Below are positions 37,201 through 50,395 of a stretch of DNA of 64,000 nt, piece after piece. The notes under the pieces are model-generated. The model was not told the origin of the DNA. It made no database searches and worked only from the letters and a program-made list of their open reading frames with translations. Positions within the stretch are counted from its first letter, which is position 1, and every line of letters begins with the position of its first letter. The stretch is from Sphaerodactylus townsendi (lineage: Eukaryota), in contig NC_059437.1 of assembly GCF_021028975.2 (NCBI RefSeq), positions 31,744,001-31,808,000 of the forward strand, written 5' to 3'. Made by a program: the position numbers and the translations under genes.

Positions 37201-39256
37201 GGAAAACTGTTTTGTAGATGCTTTAATGACATTACAAATGCTCCTGTATTCACAAAAAGCAGTGAGCGCCACATGCAAAATTGCTACCACATAACAGCAG
37301 CAGAAATCAGAAACAAAGAAGACTGTCAATTCTGGAACCCTTCTGTCAGTGGTGTTTCCCACATTTCAAAGGCCCGTCAAATGGCAAAAGATATAAGACA
37401 GACTGCTCCCCCTCCCCCTTTTTATTTTTTGAAGTACTTTTCAGTTGGTTTATTTTCATCACACTAAGCCTGCCCTGGAGGACCATTTAAAAAAAAAACA
37501 CAAGAAGGCCACAGTAACAGCACTCAGTCTGTGGCTCACATTGTCCATTATGAGGGAGAAGCAGACACAACAGGGAGACTGTGGGCATTCATGAGGCAAA
37601 ACTCATTAAACAGTAAGATGTACCTTTGAGAGAACAGGGCACACCAGCCAGAGTAAAAGGACTGTTAGAATTGTTGCTCTGAGGGAAGCCAGTACCTCAA
37701 GGATGCCCTCAGCATTCCAACTGCCCCTTCTCTTAGTCTATTCCAGCTGCCCCTCAGCACCCACTTTAATACTATTGAGCTTGCGATATGTAAAGCAACC
37801 AGGGCCACATTTTTTCAACTGGAAGGCAGAACCTCCCTCCTTGCAGACAAGGCAAAACAAGAATGACCTGCAGGATAGGATTTGCCACTGCATAGATCTG
37901 CATTGTGTTTGTGATAGACTGGAGCATCACCCCGCCAATTCACACTTTGTAAATGACAACAGACTCACAGAAACAGTGGGACTCTGCTGAGTGATAGTTA
38001 AGGAGCAAAAGGTGTCCTGGACATAGTCAACGATGCATGAATTGATGGGGGTAAAAGTCCTGGACAGCTAAGAACAACAAAAGCAGAGAAGGCCAATTAC
38101 ATTAGCAAACTCAATGAGGAGGAACTGCCTCCTCCATCTGTTACTATTCTCTGCACAGCCGCCCCACTCCCACCCAACTATTGACCAGTAGGTGAAGGGT
38201 TTAAAGGGGGGGGGGACTTTCACACCAGCAATGTGCCAAGATCGCAAAGCTCAGTGATCCTCAAACAGCGGGCCTGCGAGCCCTTGGGATGACTCACCAT
38301 CTTCCAGGTTAGATGGCATTTGGGATCAATGCACAACAGGAATTAAATGCAGCTTTGGCCACAACGGTAAGGTCGAACCGAATTAATTTACCTGTCTACT
38401 CTTCCCCATTTTTCATTAAATTCCATTGGAGGGTCCTATCGTTTGCAATGCCAAAGCCTCTGGATGGCCATCATTCCTGCACCCCCACATGCAAACCTTC
38501 CCCATACCCATTGGAGGGATCCATTCCCCAGTTTAGCAGAGCCAGAAGTTGAGCTAGCAATATTTTACAGCCCCTGCAATTGAAAAGCCCTTAGCCCTCA
38601 CCTCATCCTGAAACTAAACTTAATTATGTGTTTGTGCATATTTGTGCAAGATCATTCTCCAGGTCCTGTCTCTCTCATTTTCCCACTGTCAGTTCTTAAA
38701 CAGTAACCTCCTTGGAGAAGGAACCTGACCATTTCTTCATTAGCTTATGTTACTCTGTTCAGGGCCATATGCACTCAAAGCACTGCACAAATAAAATAGC
38801 AAAGATTTGTCTCCTGACATTTCCCAAAGGGATCTTTCCCCACACAGCTCTATGTACTCTTCTGCCGCTTTGAAAGATTTCAGACCAACATCCCCAACAC
38901 CTGGCAGCCTAGAGGAACTAATCTAGGATGTAATGTTAATGCAGTCTGCTTTAAAGTTAGTTGGGCCATGAAAATATATATATATATGAAACTGAGTTCC
39001 ACAGAAAACATCTGAGTATCTAATTGGGAAGAAGAAGAGTCTGTATCCGTACATGAAAACATGGTTCTCTTTCATCATTTAGGCCATTAAAATCTGTTAG
39101 ACTCACTGCAGGCTCACACTTGGCTCAGTGATTGCAGACGGAACTAAAATGGCCCTCCTCCAAGATACCAGTGCTACTCACATCCACCAGTCCCATGAAG
39201 ACTGAACAACTGGAAACAGACCAAAAGTTTGCCACACAGCAAGAGCAAGTACGCAC

Positions 39257-39450
39257 ATGAAGCAGCTTTATACCGAGTTGGACCACTGGTCTATTCATGG
39301 TCATAACTGTGTACTCTGACTGGCAGCACCTTTCCAGGGTCACAGGCGGATGATTTTCATATCACTCACAGCCTGATCCTTTTAACTTGAGATGCCAGCT
39401 GGGAATTGAACCTGGAACCATCTGCATGCAAAACAGATGCTCCGCTGCAC
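39257..39450 (-). mobile_element. tRNA-derived SINE (antisense to +)
   Basis: catgaagcagctttataccgag...gggaattgaacctggaaccatctgcatgcaaaacagatgctc; same family as ~6480-6635 and 46446-47050. Confidence 0.65.
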
Positions 39451-40420
39451 TGTATCTCTGTATACTGCATGGGATCTCCAAAAGCCTGGGATCTCTGCAG
39501 CCTGCACATCATTCAAGCAAGCAGGTCAAGCCTCTGGATAGATGGGAAGGCTTCTATACCATTCTACCATTTTCAGCTGGGAACAGTCCTTCATTTCTTT
39601 GGGCTCAAAAAGCAGCTAGCAGCACTCTCCATCTAAACATCCTCGGTACTCCCCTCAGCAGACGGCTCCAGGAAAGGGGCAAAACAAGTCCTGACTCCTG
39701 CCCCAGTTCTTAACTCATTCCCCCCTTCATGCCTGAGCCTAAGTTCATAAGAACAAAACAGCATCAGTGCTTCTATCCACTGGAGCTATTAGCAGCACAT
39801 GCCTCAGTTTACAAGGAAACCAGGGAAAGATGTCCCAAGGCTCCTTTCTGTCTGCTCTGCAGAAAGACAGAATGATCCTCATTATTACGATGGCCGCAGG
39901 CATCTGGAGAAGAAATGGGCAGATCCCATTCTGGCAGACAGTTCAACACAGTTCAGAAGCAGGGAGGGGCACAGCATGTTCTCTGGAAGGGCTCTCATGC
40001 CTCTCAGCCTGTGACAACAAAGCTGCACAGTTCACCTGAAGGCCAGATATGAACACCAACAGAATAGGTGATCTGTGCTCACTGAAGCGAAGGCGCTGTG
40101 ATGGCTTCGTTCAACTCAAGAGGGTGTTTGCGTGAACGTGGTCTCGGACTCTGTCCTCGCAACAGGAGAGGTGGTCAGCCCATGTCGGCGAGAACAGGGT
40201 AGGAACAAAAAAACAAAGCAGCAGGAAAAATAGTGCAACCTCAAACCGCAGAGCACCAGGTAGGAGCAGAGAGGCCAGCCACTGTTCCAGAGCCACTGCT
40301 TGATTACTGTCAAGCACTTAACTATAAAGGTATTCTAGGGACAGCAGAAACCAGAAAGCAAGCTATCCAATGGCAGGCATCAGCTTGGTGGTAACCAGTC
40401 TTCCTCCTCAGTCTACCACT

Positions 40421-40523
40421 ACCTGGGTGGTGTAGTGCACAGACACAACATACCTTCTCCTGCTTCTTTTAACCTGGGTGGTGTAATGCACAGACACAAC
40501 ATACCTTCTCCTGCTTCTTCTAA
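40421..40523. repeat. 51-bp tandem duplication
   Basis: acctgggtggtgta(g/a)tgcacagacacaacataccttctcctgcttctt occurs twice with period 51. Confidence 0.9.
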
Positions 40524-42099
40524 CATCCAGCATGCCCTACAACACTGTTTGTGCAGGAGGAGAGGAAGACAGATACATATGCATAAATGCACAGGATATG
40601 GTAGATATAGGGGGCAAAACTCCCCACAGCTTGAGGTACATGCAGGAAACAATAGTAGGAAACAGGCAGGGTGGGGCTCCTGAAATGTACTATGGGCGCC
40701 CTTTAAACTGGTTCCAACACCCCACTGGGTCACTCCCTATCCTGGAAGCACCTATTTTTGTTGCAATTCCTGTTCCAAATGCAGACATGAGAAACAAAAA
40801 TGCGGAACAGGTACATCCTACTAACATTATTTGAGGAATACCACAATTGCTGTGCTTGAGGGTGAATTAAAGTCTGAAGAGGAATCTGGGCTGCTAACAT
40901 CTTCCCATGTGTGCAAATAGCCAGTTATTCAGACCAGGGTCTCAGAGGAAATCCTCTTACCTATCTCCCACAACATCACACCGACTCTATCCTGTACTTC
41001 AACACTGGGCTGAAGGAAAAGGTTGCTGGAAAGCACGTTTCAAAATCTAGATTGCACAAGAGCAATGCAGAATAGAGATAGAGAGGCAAGAGCTGGTACT
41101 TGTTTCTCTTCTGGGATACCAAAGTCTCTGACTGGCAGGGTTGTCTTAACAGCATTGTAGGTTCCTGGGTAAAACAGTGCGTGAGGTACGTACACATACA
41201 TGCATGCACGTGTGGATGCAAGGTGACTATAATATTAAATCAGAGGTGAATGCCAATATTCACTCGTTATCACAAAAATCAATATTAATATCTTTCATTA
41301 TCTTTAGTAAAACACATGCTAAATATGAATTTTCCAAAAACAAATATTTATAGTTTAATTTCGTATGGTAGTTATTGACAGACAGCAAGTCACGACATAC
41401 ATAGATTAGCATGCTCGAGGGCCCCTTGGGCAACTGCCCAGCATGCCCATGAATTAAGATGGCCCTGCTGACTGGACTAACTGTTGTAATCAGATGTGCC
41501 AGTCAACAACAAGGGCTGCTTTTTGGAAACGGCTCAGGTCCTCATTCCCATCCCCCCCTCCCCCCCCCAGCTTCATTTACTTACCGTTGTAAGAAATTGG
41601 ACAAGGTGTGTCAGAGGGACTGAGTCAACAGAATCTGCCTCAGGGAAGGCAGCTAAGACACAGGGTGACGTGAACACCCCAAGCCACCCTGGAGGACTAG
41701 GAAAGATCACTTCCTGAAAGACTGACTGAACCCACACAAGTGCCTTGCCAAGAGACGCAGCCCATCCTACTCTCCCTTCCGTGAACTTGGAGTTAGGAGC
41801 GACATTATTTTCCCACACCCCATTTAAAGGACTCTTTGGACAACCAGCAGCCCTACAATCCACACCTGCCTGTTTTCCTTCCGACGGGGTGTCTGTGGGG
41901 ATAGCAACCCAGCCTCGGATAGACACAAATACCCAACTAAGCCATAATCTTCCTCGCCCAGCAATCATCACTATTTCCCCCTTGTTCCAACCCCGACCTC
42001 GCGCTCCCAGCGACCTCTTCTCATCCCCTTTGACCAGGAGGCCACTGTCCCTCGCCCAAGGCCTTGACAGGCTCCTGTCGCTGCCAACCAGACTCAGCC

Positions 42100-42860
42100 C
42101 CCAAACCTCAAAGGGCAACTGAGCGCCAGGACGCCTGCTGGCGCACGCGGAAGGTGAAACAGCAACAGTTAAGAGAAGGTTCCGCAAGTACCCACAAGTT
42201 CCCAGCACAGAGATTCAACAGGTGAAGTTTTCCTTCCCTCCCTCCACCGGCTAAATGTCTGCCTGCTGGGCAGCTACGAAGGGTTTGGAGCAGGGCCGGG
42301 GGGCATGAGCCTAACCAGGGCTGACGCAACCAGGAGCTCCGCTTGCCAGAAGCAACAGCGAGGCGGGGAGGGTGGAGGCGCGAATCTTGCACCCGTCCTT
42401 GCACCCTCGGCAACCTCGTCTCCGGCAACCCGGGGCCCCCCAGCCCTGCTCCACCGCTCTGGTTTCTCACCCGCCAAAAGTGCGCAGCTCCGCTATTTCC
42501 TGCAACTAGCAAGCAAATGAATGAGCGGAGAGCGGGAGACAAGGCTGGCCCCTGGAAGAAAGCAAGGAAGGCGTGCCCACAAAGCGCCCTCCTCCAGGCG
42601 GGCCCATCGGCCGCCCACTGTGAGAAATTTGGGGAGGGGGCGGGTCCGCAAGGAGACTCTCCAGCCTGGCTGGAGAGAGACGCACAGGCGCTCGCGTGGG
42701 AGCGACGCGTGATCCAGCGCCCAAGCAGCCAGGTGTCTGCTCCCTAGTCTCCTTCTGGGGTGCTGCCTTTAGTGTTATGTGCCCCGCAGTCCCTTCACCG
42801 CCCCCTTGCTCATGGACACAAGCTGTTTGCGAGCCTTCCGGCATGTAAAAGTCGACTGGA
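42100..42860 (-). promoter_or_regulatory. CpG-rich region; probable SLC7A3 promoter / first non-coding exon
   Basis: GC boxes (ggggcggg ~42637, ggcgggg 42362), high CpG density, minus-strand donor GGCGG|gtgaga at 42470. Confidence 0.55.
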
Positions 42861-42913
42861 TTCTTTGTGAGAGCGGGGAAAGCTTGGATGGTCAGCCCGC
42901 ATGGGGTTCAAAG

Positions 42914-43105
42914 CAATGGTGGGATCCAAAAATTTTAATAACAGGTTCCAATGGTGGTGGGATTCAAACAGTGGCGGCACCGCACACACACACCTCCAGT
43001 CCCTATCAGGCAGGGAGGTTGCTTTAGTAACCCCTTCTCGGCACTCAGAAAAAATTAGTAACCACTTCTAGAGAAGTGGTGAGAACTGGTTGGATCCCAC
43101 CTCTG
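42914..43105. mobile_element. hAT-type non-autonomous element with 8-bp TSD
   Basis: TIR caatggtgggatcc / ggatcccacctctg; TSD gttcaaag at 42906-42913 and 43106-43113. Confidence 0.85.
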
Positions 43106-43405
43106 GTTCAAAGCCGCCGAAAGGGGAATGTTGGTATGTAAAGGATGGCAAAATCCTCCTGGGTTGTTTTTGCAGCAAAGGATAATTCGACCACAGCTCC
43201 CTTTCTTCCGGTCCTTTCTCCATGGCTTAGTCAGTCCTCCAGAGTATGTGCTTGATGCCTTTCTTATCTCCTGCAAACTCCTGACTGGAGGAAAGGCTGC
43301 TGCGTCTTCCTTGTGGCTAACGTTTGGGATTAGGATCTGAGAGAACCAGGTTCACATCTTCACTCTGTCATGAAAGTTTGCTAATTGCAGTCACATACTC
43401 TCAGC

Positions 43406-43653
43406 TTGCACTGCCACTCACACGGTCAGGAGTTCGAGCCCCCTGTGGGTCAGATATCCTGGCAGCTGGCTCATGGTCAACTCAGGCATCCATCCATTTC
43501 TTGGTCGGTAAATGAGTACCTAGCTCATAGCTAGGGGGTAAAGAATAGCCAGGGCAAGCAATGGCAAACTACCCCACAAAAAAAGCTTGCCTATGAAAAC
43601 TGCTTGCAGTGGAACCCCAGGGTCGGACACGACTGAAGGGGAAACTTTACCTT
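43406..43653 (+). mobile_element. Sauria SINE nested in an older SINE
   Basis: B-box-like ggagttcgagccc and BovB-like 3' end gggtcggacacgactgaagggg...tttaccttt; TSD tactctcagc at 43396 and 43654. Confidence 0.8.
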
Positions 43654-46528
43654 TACTCTCAGCCTAACCTATCTCACAAGATTGTTGTGAGAATAAAATG
43701 GAGAAGAGGAGAATTATGTTTTGGGTTTTAATTGGGGACAAAGACAGGGTATAAATTAAATAAATACATTTATTTTCTCTTTGCCTATCCATCCCACAAC
43801 CTCTCAATCAATTTTCAGATTATAAACCCCTTGAAGCAAGGTTCTGCCTTCTTCTACTGAGGAAAGAGCCATTATCATTTTTATCATCCAAATAATCATT
43901 GTTTAAAACTGAAGTCCCCCCACCACCACCCCCCCAGTGTCAGGACTACAACGCCCAGCATGCACCACCTTCAGCCTTTTTCCAACAAGAGCGGGAAAAC
44001 AAACTGAGAAGCTACATCCCACTGCATCTTCACGGCCAATGAGAGGTCAGAGACTGGGCGGAGGGAGAAAGCTGATTGGTTGCTGTTGAGTCCAGAAATA
44101 AAATGAATACTGCAACTGAGGAAACGAATCATCTGTTCCAGCACCCTGTATTTAGGGCGACGCAAATCAATAAAGTTTTTTTCTTTAAGTTAACTGCGTT
44201 TGAGTGTGTTCAGCCTTACATCCAGGATCACTTACAATTTTTTTCCTGGAGATTTAAGGTTGCAAGTCTATCTGCTGTCCTGAACATTGCTTCCACATTA
44301 CCATGCATTGGGCTAGCCTGGCTAAGTCACAGAACTATTTCAGCGTGAGAAACAAAATTAACAGTTAACATGGAAAAAGAAGGTGAAGAAGAACAGAAAG
44401 CAAACAGCCAAGACAGCACAAGCCAGCCAGAGAAGGACCCATAGGCACATAGCAAAACAAACAAACAAACAAAACCACAACAACCAAGGATTGCCTATGG
44501 AGCCATCACAGTCCTTTCCAACTGGATTTTCCTTTTGGGGGCAAGACCATCCAGAAGGTCAACAATTGTTCTAGCACAACAATAGCAAAATACCCAACCA
44601 TCTATCTGTGGAGGGAGCTTTGATAAGACTGTGGCTGGGATAAACATTCAAAACCCATCATACAATAACTACAAAACGCTAAGGCCACACATCATCTTTG
44701 CCTCCATCTCAGAAATCTCCCATTTAGTTGCAGCATGTTGTGAGGCTTGTAACTTGCACAAGATGCAGCCTCAATCATGCACACAGTGTGTGGTTTGGCC
44801 TGTCCTCATCTCAACTGCTGCCCTAAGGGTTGTAGTGTAGAAGATGCTGCTGAGAACATTCTCCCTTATAATTACTGGGTGTGTCACTCCTTATTAAGTC
44901 TATTCGCCCTTTTACAAGTTCTGGTAAGTAGCCCAGACAAGCTGCCCAAACTGATTCTACTGAATCAGCCCAGGAAAGCAGCTGCCAGCATTTTACTGCT
45001 CTTGTTCGTGTGCCTTTAACAACAGCATCCCATTCAAAAATTAATTTATCATTACTCTTTATTCTGGCCAAGAAAACCATCCCTCCCCCTATAATTTCTC
45101 CATGCCTCGCTGATGTTTAAAAGGTCCAGAGGTAAGACTAGTTTTTAGAAGCTGGAAAGTCCATCCAGGAAGAGCCAGCACAGGTGAGATAGTGTGCTGG
45201 AAACAGAACCCCTTCTTCATCTAGTGCAAAAGAACCTCCCTGTAGATAGCTGCTTTTGTATGTGTTTTTCTAGCATTCCTTATCTGGGTGAGTGCTGAGA
45301 GAGCAATAGGGTAATTGTAGACAACTTTAGAGAGTGCACATTGTACCAAACTACATTACCCAGGATGCTCTGCTTCCACTGATGCAAGCTCTCACCTGCT
45401 GTCATCAGCGCCTCTAGTACAGACGCCAAGCTCCTGTTGTTGCCAGCAGATGTATACCTTGTCCTCTCTTGACTCCAGAAATGGTTGAGTTGCTCAGAAC
45501 AGGATAGACTAGTTGACTGGGGCTCAGCTTCCTGCAGTCCTTGTTCCAGGCCACCCATTTCAGTGTTCCCTTCTCCAGAGATGGGATTACTGGCATTTCC
45601 TTCCTTAGAGCATTCAGTGCTTGGACTGTGCCTGTAACTCCTCCCATTTTGGCTCCTTTCAGTTTGCTGAATCTCATGTCAGCAGCACTGCCACCTTCTC
45701 TCTTCGCTCTGCCTTCTTTTGTGCTGCACCCCAACAGCTGCCACGCCACCCCCCTTTATTCTTGTTCCCCACTCACCAGCTTTTGTCTCTCTGGGGTGAT
45801 CCTTCATTCTTTGATGCTCCTGGGTTTCATGAGCAGACTGAAGCACCTTTCACACATTCTGGTTGTTGTGAAGGTTGCAGTACTGTTCTAGAACTAGCAG
45901 CTGTTATTCATGTTGTTCTAAACTTTGGGGCGAGGCTACTGTAAGCCATTCTGGATCAAGTAGCTTTGGGAGAGCAGTCACAATAGTCTGAATCCTAATC
46001 CAGAATTAGATCTCTGAAGCAGAGAATCGCAGGACATTTTTCACTTTTTAATGGTGGCCACAGCCTGTTGCCAATGGCAACCACCTTGCTTGCTCTCATT
46101 GGGCCAGCTCTGTCTTATCTGTCTTCCCAGGGCCATTCCCCCACTCCATCTCTTGCACTGATGCAATACGCAGAAAACATTACTACATAAATCAGGTCAA
46201 GGATTTCCTAAAATGCTTTTAGGAGAGAAAGGGTCTTCTTATTCTTAAAACAAAATCTGTTTAGGGCTCCCAGGCCCTACACTAGTAAGATGTTCAACAT
46301 AAAACATGTAGAACTTGTCAGGGACTGGATATGGGACCTTCTGCACATGAAACTGCATCTTCAGCAGTGGGAGTACTCCCTTTTCTTTCAGGACTACTTA
46401 GGGCTAAATCTGCCCCACTGCTGACCAGAGTTTCGTCCCTGAATACATGAAGTTGCCGTACACTGGCTCAGATCATCAGTCTCTCAAGGCCTATATTGTC
46501 TACTCTGACTGGCACCAGCTGCCTAGGG

Positions 46529-46788
46529 CAGGAGTCAAACATGCAGCCTTGCAGGGGCTTATCAGCACTACCAGCCAGCTGAGGCAACCCAAGCTTGCCA
46601 GTCCAGATCAGGAGGCAGGGTGGAGTTTGCCTCAGTTAACTTGCGGGTCTGATAAACCCTCTCAAGGCAGCTGCAAGCTCACCAATTCACCCCCCCATCC
46701 CCCAGTGCCATTCTGGCCCAGCCGAGGAAGTCACCTCCCACCACTCCCGGGCCTGGCTTGATCAAGTCACATCAGTTTGACATCCCAG
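46529..46788. mobile_element. hAT (MER5/Charlie-like) element nested in a SINE
   Basis: caggagtcaaac ... gtttgacatcccag ends flanked by ctaggg repeats; host SINE spans ~46446-47050. Confidence 0.55.
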
Positions 46789-46827
46789 TCTAGGGTCACA
46801 GGCAGAGGCCTTCCACATCATCTATGA

Positions 46828-46964
46828 CCGTGGTGGCGAACCTTTGGCACTCCAGATGTTATGGACTACAATTCCCATCAGCCCCTGCCAGCATGGCCAG
46901 TTGGCAGGAGCTGATGGGAATTGTAGTCCATAACATCTGGAGTGCCAAAGGTTCGCCACCACTG
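46828..46964. mobile_element. Palindromic hAT-type MITE with 8-bp TSD
   Basis: ccgtggtggcgaacctttggcactccagatg...catctggagtgccaaaggttcgccaccactg; TSD atctatga on both sides. Confidence 0.9.
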
Positions 46965-49900
46965 ATCTATGACATCCTGTTCAGGCAGACACTTGAGACT
47001 GAACCTGAGAACTTCTGCCCATAAGGCAGATGCTCTTCCACTGAGCCACGGATCCTGAACCCTGACATACTTCATCAGGCCACAGCCCTGTAAAAGCACA
47101 AGTTTCTTCCCTACAGTCTGAAGATAACTACAGATAATGACAGTCCTCCTCTTACTCCTCGGTTGGAGAGCTGAGCTGCTAGCCAGGCTAGTGTGTGAGC
47201 TTCCTAGCACCTTTGAAGCCTGATAGACTTATTCTAGAATCATACTCCTCTAACAGCTTATAATTGAAGTATTTTGTTTTTTTATCAGTTTGAGGCACTT
47301 CACCTTCCAGCTACCTGGGAGGGAAACTGAGCAGGTTTTGCAGTAACGCCAATCAATCCATCACGTGAGAATAGTTTTGGCTCCTGAGCTAGGAAAGTCT
47401 CTACTGACATTGTTCATTCTTGCCTTTGTGGTCCAAGATTACTTTGCTATTTGGCTGTTCTATTTGCAAATCTTGTCCATGATCACTGCAAACGTCATAT
47501 GTTCAGCGTCTACCCTACGGGCCTACATTTATTCTCTTCAATACATCGCCCTCTGCTGGATGCCTTCTACAGTCTATGACGCCATAAACTTTTAAACCTG
47601 TTTTGTGGCATTTGGATACACAGGCCTGGGTTTTGCTAAGAGCTAATTGTGTCTGTTGGAAGCCAGAGAATTGCCGGTCTAGGACAAGAGCTGGGTCAAA
47701 ATAAAGGGCTTTGGGAGTTTCCTCATTCCCTGCTAGAATTAGCCTGCCTGGAAAAAGACTTTGAGCTCTTCCGTAGGAAGGAGAGGAAACATGGGATAAA
47801 GTAAGAATGCAGATGGGATAAACTAAAGTTACTATTGCAGCAGTCTCCATAATTTTTGAGCCTGCAGATGTCTTTGTAATTCTGACACAGAATGGTGGGC
47901 ACAGCTACAAAATGGCTGCCATAGGAGACACAAACTGGCTGATGCAGGTTATCTTCAGTCACACAGTGAAGATCCTTGTGCTGTGGTAGCAGCTGCTGCA
48001 AAAGCAATTTTGGAAAAAAAAATCTGACCACCATGATATCTCCAATAGCCAGTCAGAGGTCTTGCTGGGCAAGAGATCCACCTGCTTTCTAAAGACAATT
48101 GATAGGTGCCAGAAAAGTGCTGGTGAGCATCATTACATCCATGGATACCACATTGGGAAGCTCATGTACTGTGGTACGAAGTAGGTAGCTTGAATTGAGA
48201 CAGGCAGTAACAGAGCTGGGAGGAACCCCAAGATCAACCATATCAGGGGCCAGAATTAATCTGGATCTTAGCTCACAAAGCATATATTCCATTTCATTTA
48301 ACTATGAATTCTCTCCCTTTCTCTAAATAGAGAATAGAAGCTGCTAAGGAGAAGAAGCATTACAGCATGCCCAAGCACTTTCATGTATGAAAATCTGATC
48401 CATTTGAAAAAGAAATTTCCTTCTTCCGCATCCAAACTTCCCATCAGGCCCGAAAAGCACAGCAAATGCTTTGGAGTTAAAGTGCTATCATGAGAAAGAC
48501 AGCTGCAAATTCAGGGAAAGGGCTGTCAGGACTCAACTATAGCTTTTCAGTGCCTCCTGCTGGCACCTTCTGATTCTCTCTCTCTTCTATAAGAATTGCT
48601 GGGTCTGTATTCCTTCATAAAATAATTATTTGGATCTGAGTTTATATCCCCTGAGGATCACACTATACCACAACAACTAAGTAGGCCATATAGACCAACA
48701 AAGTTCCTGCCACAATAGTGCGGTTAATCTTTAAAGCACCTCATGACTCTAGTTTTTGCTGTAACAGATTAGCACAGCTAAATTATAGGAGTAATAGTTA
48801 AGCTACTTTTGTCTGAGATTGCATTTGCTTTTTCATAACGTCTGGCTACTTCTGAGCTAGGCCTTAGGCTCTTACTCAAATTGAAAGGGGCCATATTACA
48901 ACCAGTGAGTATATGACCCACATAGTAACTCTAGTGAATCTCTACCTCTTCCCTCATTTCTCTTGCTTTTAGTTGGTTCACAATTTCCCACAAGTGACAT
49001 AATAATGTCCACAGCTGCTGGCACAATCCTTCAACATTTGCCTGTCGCTCAGGTCCTCAGTTACTAAAGAGTAACTTGGAACAAGCAGTAACATGTCTTG
49101 GTTGTATTCACATTTGCTTCAAATAACTTTTGATCTGGAATGGCCTGCCTGATATGGTGAGGAAGGCTCCCATTTTCCGGGCATTCTGTGAACGATCACA
49201 CAAGTAACGGGGCTATACTATAAGAAAATGATTGGAATGATCCTTAGAAAAACAGAATGTGGACAGTACATACTGTGGTATAGTATATACTATTTGTTAC
49301 AGAAATTACACAGGTCACACATACATCATTTAACATGTTATGTGAAGCTTATGCTCTGTTTCATCTCTATTTTAGAATTCTGCATTCCTAATCCTACTGC
49401 ATTGCTTATTAGATGTCCCATCTTGTCCACTTTATGGTCTTACACTGTGCAATCTACCTTAAGTCTCAATGAGAAATACTGGCTACAAGCAATGTAAATT
49501 TGCATTTACAGGAGGGCTGTCTCTCTTTGCCATAAGGCAGCACCAACCACTTGCCTTTCTTTCTGTCCTTTCCTATTGGTTGGCAGAGTCTGGAATTCAG
49601 TCAGCTGCCAGAAGCTAAGAGACACTGGTGATTACACACTAATATATTCCTGAGACCTTGTAACTTTGCATCAGATTTGAATTTGTGTAAGCTATTTTTG
49701 GTCTCTGCAATTGAGCAGTCTAAAAATTCCAACTAAAAACACACAACACCACTTCTTAGATCACACCCCTGCAGTGTAATGCAGGTCATGGGCAACCTCC
49801 CCGTGCCCCAATTATTTGTGGTCTGACTTCCACTCACTCCAGTCAAAGGCTTCTTGTCATCCCTTAAGTGCCAAAGCTTTGTCTGTAGAGAGAAAAATCC

Positions 49901-50395
49901 CAAAGTGACAGAAAACCAACCAGAAAAATCACAACTCCCTGGGCTGAGATAAGGATCCTTCTTTATTCACTTTACCAGCCATCTTATTTCAGGCTACAGC
50001 AAAAGTTACAAAACCCACTTTATTTAGGAATTTTTTAAAAAAGAATAAAATAAAGGATTCAAGACAGAGAAAAACTAGGGAACTAAAGTTACTACTCAGG
50101 AAAAGCAAGAAGAGCAAAGAACCAATCAAATTCCACAGACAATTGTGTCTTCTGTCATAATCCAGCTCAGACAGAGATTCTGACAACATCTGGATTCCTT
50201 GGTTCCGTGTTAACCAGGGCGAGAAGCCCTAAAGGGCAGATAGAGCAGCATATTGCCAAGAATGTTGTCAAACCATCATCTTGTTTCCACGTGAGTCCAG
50301 GGATAGTTCTGCCATCATGAATGGCCCACCCCCATTGGTCCTGGAACAATCCGGTCTTCCTCTTCTCCCACTCTTACCCTCAATCCAAGAAGCTG

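Noticed and set aside
41573-42844. Several 110-211 aa ORFs
   Set aside because: Expected by chance in a GC-rich promoter region; no recognisable domains.
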